Source: a virus. From it: a DNA stretch of 64,000 nucleotides. The stretch covers positions 32,001-96,000 of IMG/VR virus record IMGVR_UViG_3300035670_000055; one strand, written 5' to 3'. Each line of letters starts with the position of its first letter. Position 1 is the stretch's first letter. Of the stretch, positions 60,111 to 64,000 are shown one piece after another. The notes under the pieces were generated by a model, which was not told the origin of the DNA, did not search any database, and saw only the letters and a list, made by a program, of their open reading frames with translations. Made by a program: the position numbers and the translations under genes.

Positions 60111-62063
60111 TTATTCTATATCTGGAGTTGGTCCATATATATCAAATTCTTTTTCTACAAATATAGAAACATTTTTCCAATAATCAGAAAATGTTGATGG
60201 ATATTGTCCTACTTCATCATGAATATATATATTTCCAAGCCTTTCTTCATAAGGATCATATCCCATTATATATCTTGAAGATACCTTTTCAGGAATTCCT
60301 AACCAAGTTTTCTGTTGTTCATAAGCTTCTTTTGTGGAAGGTTTCCATCTATACTTTATTAAATTTACATAAAGATTATCATATTCGTTAAAATTAACTA
60401 AATCATTACAATTTAATACTGCAAAAGTTAAATCATTAGAATTTTTAACTTTATATATTTTTCCTTGAATAAAATAATCAGAAAAAGAATCAATTGCTTC
60501 TATATATTCAGGAACTTCTGTAATACTTTCTTCTGGTAAAGAAATTAATTCTGCCCATTTTCCATTTTGAAATAAGAATCCTCCTCTTATGTGTGCCCAA
60601 ATACTGTTTCCAAAAATTCTATAAGTATCAGAACCATCTTTTAAGACATATGTCATTCCATTAATAGAAATATATGTACAACCAATAGGAAATCTTTTCT
60701 TACATTCTTCTTGAATTTCTTCCATAGATAATTCTTTTTTCTGTAATTCTGTTACGTCATAAGGTTTACCTCTTCTTTCATACTCGTCTATTTCTTCTTG
60801 TGTAGCATATTTCCAGTTTGGATATTCTGGTTTATATTTTACCCAACCATTAGTTATGGAATCTAAAGAATCATATTCAGGTTGTAAATAAGTTGAATCT
60901 TTTCTTTGTTTATAAATATGATTAGATACGAAGTCTTTACTATAACTATCAAATTTATCTGTAATAACAATATATTCTCCTTTTTTAAATTCATTAGATT
61001 GTATTTTATCTGGATTATTGCTAAACCCTGTTCCATTACAATCTGGACAAGTATCTATTACTTCTGTATGTCCAGAAGGATATAATTTAGCTATCATAGT
61101 TTCTCCTTCACCATTACAAGTTTCACAAAATTTATCTGGATGATCCAGAGGAAGAAATTCTTGTACTTCTTCTGCAGATATTTCTTGTATTTGTTCAACT
61201 TTTGATTTATCAAAAGTTCCTGAATAATTATAATCAGTACAGCCAAGTATCCAAGGAGACATAACAAGAGTATCTGTATATATATCTATACCATTAACTT
61301 TACCATAATGATAACTTCCATGATTTTTTTGATACCATTTATACCATTTTCCAAATTCAAATTTCTGATTAATAATTTTATCAGAATGTCCATCAGGTAA
61401 GTATTCTTGAATTTCTGATAAATCTTCTACTAACTTAATTCTTGTTAAATCTCCACTTGAACCAGTTTCACATCTATAACCACTATTTCCAATTAATTCT
61501 GAATAAGATAATTTATTTTCTACAGGAATTTTGGAACATTTTCTATAGGCATTTTCACAATTAATTAGTTTATACCATTTACCAGGAATAAATTCTATAT
61601 TAGGCTCTTTAACCTCTTGTTCTGGAGAATAATCTTCTGGTAATAATTCGTATCTTATTCCTAAAGTTCCTTCTGATAAAGCGTTGCTACAAGAGTAGTT
61701 TTTAGAATTTGGAAAATCTACTTTACTTGAAGAAAATATTTTACCAACATCTCCTTTTTTTACTCCACTTCCTAAATGAGGATTGTCTACTAAAGCTCTA
61801 ATATATCTACCAATATGTTGTGATAAATCATCAAAATATTCTTGTTGTTTTTTTATTACATAATCTGTATTTAGAAACAGCCAACCATCATATTTAAATT
61901 CTTCATTTTTATCACAATATACAGTGTATTCATCAGGAACATCTATCCCTAAATAGTTATTCATTTCTCCATCAGAATTCCACTTATCTGGACAATTATA
62001 TTCTTCATCCCATAATCCATCTCGAATAAATTCTTTTTTTGTTTTAAATCTGTATTTACTCAT
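60111..62063 (-). CDS. Mosaic multi-module protein with internal repeats and a Zn-finger insert
   Basis: Repeated F..GKWYK / F.KGEYI / FIQGKIYK and E.QE.LP..H.DK modules; CETCNGEG...CPDCNGTG. Confidence 0.7.
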   Translation of the reverse strand: MSKYRFKTKKEFIRDGLWDEEYNCPDKWNSDGEMNNYLGIDVPDEYTVYCDKNEEFKYDGWLFLNTDYVIKKQQEYFDDLSQHIGRYIRALVDNPHLGSGVKKGDVGKIFSSSKVDFPNSKNYSCSNALSEGTLGIRYELLPEDYSPEQEVKEPNIEFIPGKWYKLINCENAYRKCSKIPVENKLSYSELIGNSGYRCETGSSGDLTRIKLVEDLSEIQEYLPDGHSDKIINQKFEFGKWYKWYQKNHGSYHYGKVNGIDIYTDTLVMSPWILGCTDYNYSGTFDKSKVEQIQEISAEEVQEFLPLDHPDKFCETCNGEGETMIAKLYPSGHTEVIDTCPDCNGTGFSNNPDKIQSNEFKKGEYIVITDKFDSYSKDFVSNHIYKQRKDSTYLQPEYDSLDSITNGWVKYKPEYPNWKYATQEEIDEYERRGKPYDVTELQKKELSMEEIQEECKKRFPIGCTYISINGMTYVLKDGSDTYRIFGNSIWAHIRGGFLFQNGKWAELISLPEESITEVPEYIEAIDSFSDYFIQGKIYKVKNSNDLTFAVLNCNDLVNFNEYDNLYVNLIKYRWKPSTKEAYEQQKTWLGIPEKVSSRYIMGYDPYEERLGNIYIHDEVGQYPSTFSDYWKNVSIFVEKEFDIYGPTPDIE

Positions 62064-62068
62064 TTTTG

Positions 62069-62425
62069 TTATTCTTTTTTAATTATTTCTATTTTTACAC
62101 TTATAGAACCTCCATATTTTTTAGGTGCTATTTCAAAAAAAGCTGATTTTGATAAATCTAAATCTCTTCCTTTTATAAATGGACCTCTATCATTAATTCT
62201 AACAATTACAGATTTATCTGTTTCTAAACTTGTCACTTTTAACATTGTTCCAAATTTTAAATATTTATGTGCTGCTGTATATTTGTACATGTTAAATATT
62301 TCTCCAGAGGCAGTTTTTCTTCCATGATGACCTTCACCATAATAAGAAGCTTTTCCTGTTATTATATCATTTTCAAATGAATACATTGTAAATAGACATA
62401 ATAACATAGTCATTACTTTTCTCAT
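62069..62425 (-). CDS. RlpA-like double-psi beta-barrel protein (lytic transglycosylase family)
   Basis: [21 protein letters not shown]...TAAH...FGT..KVT...[14 protein letters not shown]. The likely start MRKVM at 62425 lies downstream of a TATATTTG box (62448-62455) and a terminator (62466-62491). Confidence 0.9.
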   Translation of the reverse strand: MRKVMTMLLCLFTMYSFENDIITGKASYYGEGHHGRKTASGEIFNMYKYTAAHKYLKFGTMLKVTSLETDKSVIVRINDRGPFIKGRDLDLSKSAFFEIAPKKYGGSISVKIEIIKKE

Positions 62426-62529
62426 AATTTTAAATTTTAATAATCTGCAAATATACAAAAAATAAAAATGGCAGAATTTCTTCTGCCATTTCATAAAAAA
62501 CAAATATATGTATATTAAAAATGAGTGTA

Positions 62530-62790
62530 TTATTTTTCTTCTAATTGTTTTAAAAGTTCATCAGCATGAAATACAGCTTGTTCTACTATTGTCATCGCAT
62601 CATTAGGTACATTATCAGGACATGCCCATCTTCCTGCTATTAATCCTTGCATTGCTAATCCTGCGAAATATTATCGTTTTGTAAGTCCTAATAATGATTT
62701 AGTTTGAAATAAATAATTTTCATCTGCTTCATCTGCTAATGAGTTATCTTTAGCATAAATAGGATTAATTGGTTTATCTGCGTTTTTCAT
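62530..62790 (-). pseudogene. GLTKREYFA-family small protein with an internal TAA
   Basis: MKNADKPINP...GLTKR*YFAGLAMQGL...[11 protein letters not shown]; TAA at 62671-62673 where GAA (Glu) is expected. Confidence 0.8.
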
Positions 62791-63675
62791 AGTTCTGTTG
62801 CTTCTTTGATTAATTGTTTTACTTCATTTGATAGACCTAACAATTCATAGGTGTTAACTAATTTATCTAACATCTCAAGCATTTCTGTATATTTTGATTT
62901 TTCTAATGCTTCTAATGCACCTACTGCATAAGCGTTCAAGTCAATAGTATTGTTTTCTTTTGCTTTTTTATCAACTAAAGAATTTACTATTTGTTGTATA
63001 TTTTCCATAACTAAAACATTGTTAAATTATTAGTAAATTTAGACTTGTATTTATTTTTTAGTCTATTTCTTTGACTTTGAAGTTTTCTTACTTCAAGACA
63101 TGTAAACGGTTCATTTATATAATGAACTAATAGATTAATGATTGCATCATTAGAACTATTTACTTTTAAATTTAATTCTTTGTTTTGTTTTCTATCATAA
63201 ATAATCCATTGATTATTTTCTACTTTCCAGAAAAATCTGTTTTTTAGTTTTTTAAGAAGTTTTGTTTTCATAATTATTCTTTTTTAACATAAACAAACAA
63301 CTCACCAATCATATTTTTCTTATCTGGAGATTCATTCCAGATAACATATTTAGAAATATAATTTTGCATAAATTCATTTAGTCTTTCTTGTTTATGATTT
63401 TCATAATAGAATTTAGAAATTTCTAATTTTAAATTTATTCCTTCAAATTCATTTATAATAAATTCATTAGAATTAATTATTCTATTTGCTTCTTGTAATT
63501 CTGTATTAACTGATTTTAATTCAGAAACTAATTCTTTAATATTCTTTTCTAAATCTTCAATAATTTCATCTTTTTCATAATTAGTTTTAATTAATTTACT
63601 TAATATTATACTAAATACTAAATAAGTAATTAATAAAGAAAAAGAAAGAAAAATTATTATTAATATATCTTCCAT
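62787..63675 (-). CDS. Three hypothetical genes (62787-63008, 63011-63271, 63274-63675)
   Basis: Packed co-directional ORFs; the last has an N-terminal TM and a coiled coil. Confidence 0.55.
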
Positions 63676-64000
63676 AGTTTAATTATTATTTTTGTTAAAC
63701 TCTTTGAATATATTATTCCAAAAAATGATATTAATAATATAATTAATCCAGGTATGAAGAAATAATCTATTTCTGTTTCTGAATTTAAATAAATTCCTAA
63801 TAATAATATAAAGAAATATAAAAACCCAAAGAAATTAATTACATATCTTTCTAAATGAAAGAATATTCTTTTTTCAATAAATTCTTTATAATCATTATAT
63901 TTATAAATATTACTTATATTTAAAGATCCTAAATTTCTTAATTCAATAGAAATTGAGTCTAGTTCTTCAGAAGATATTAAATTTTTTTCTTTTAAACTAA

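Noticed and set aside
60111-60290. Terminase-like fragments (IMGYDPY, IYIHDEVG) at the end of the mosaic protein
   Set aside because: The matches are very short and in the wrong order for TerL; they cannot be supported without a search.
1-64000. Genome-wide stop-codon reassignment (TGA or TAG), as in some crAss-like phages
   Set aside because: Long genes are intact under code 11. TGA ends many genes in ATGA overlaps (e.g. 10782, 22271, 28975, 47563, 50868), and TAG ends nrdJ and others. The internal stops are isolated cases.

Overview
A 64-kb piece of an AT-rich crAss-like phage genome (Crassvirales-type), almost certainly infecting Bacteroidota, judging by repeated TAnnTTTG/TTTG promoters. 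Bases 1-19 kb (+ strand) hold the virion/late module: the 5'-truncated virion RNA polymerase (DFDID motif), a large cargo protein, fibre/adhesin proteins, a lysis cassette, a glycosyltransferase flanked by Thr-rich micro-proteins, and a ferritin-like protein. A bidirectional terminator at ~19.04 kb separates this from the - strand replication/early module (19-64 kb): GroES, dUTPase, RecA, intein-containing class II RNR, ThyX, dNMP kinase, RIIA/RIIB, UDG, primase, helicases, PolA, many small hypotheticals and several homing endonucleases. The most striking unexplained structure is at 57.8-59.2 kb. It is an integron-like array of three attC-type hairpins whose core sites are cross-complementary across each single-gene cassette. 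A possible attI-like site precedes it, with an 80-aa gene where intI would normally sit, and there is no integrase in the window. The array is followed by a tRNA-like RNA with a 70-nt insertion in place of the anticodon loop. Other leads are a putative O-glycosylation module, a possible anti-defence sponge fusion, a start-less LAGLIDADG gene and two genes with single nonsense codons. All family assignments come from motif recognition by eye; no searches were run.
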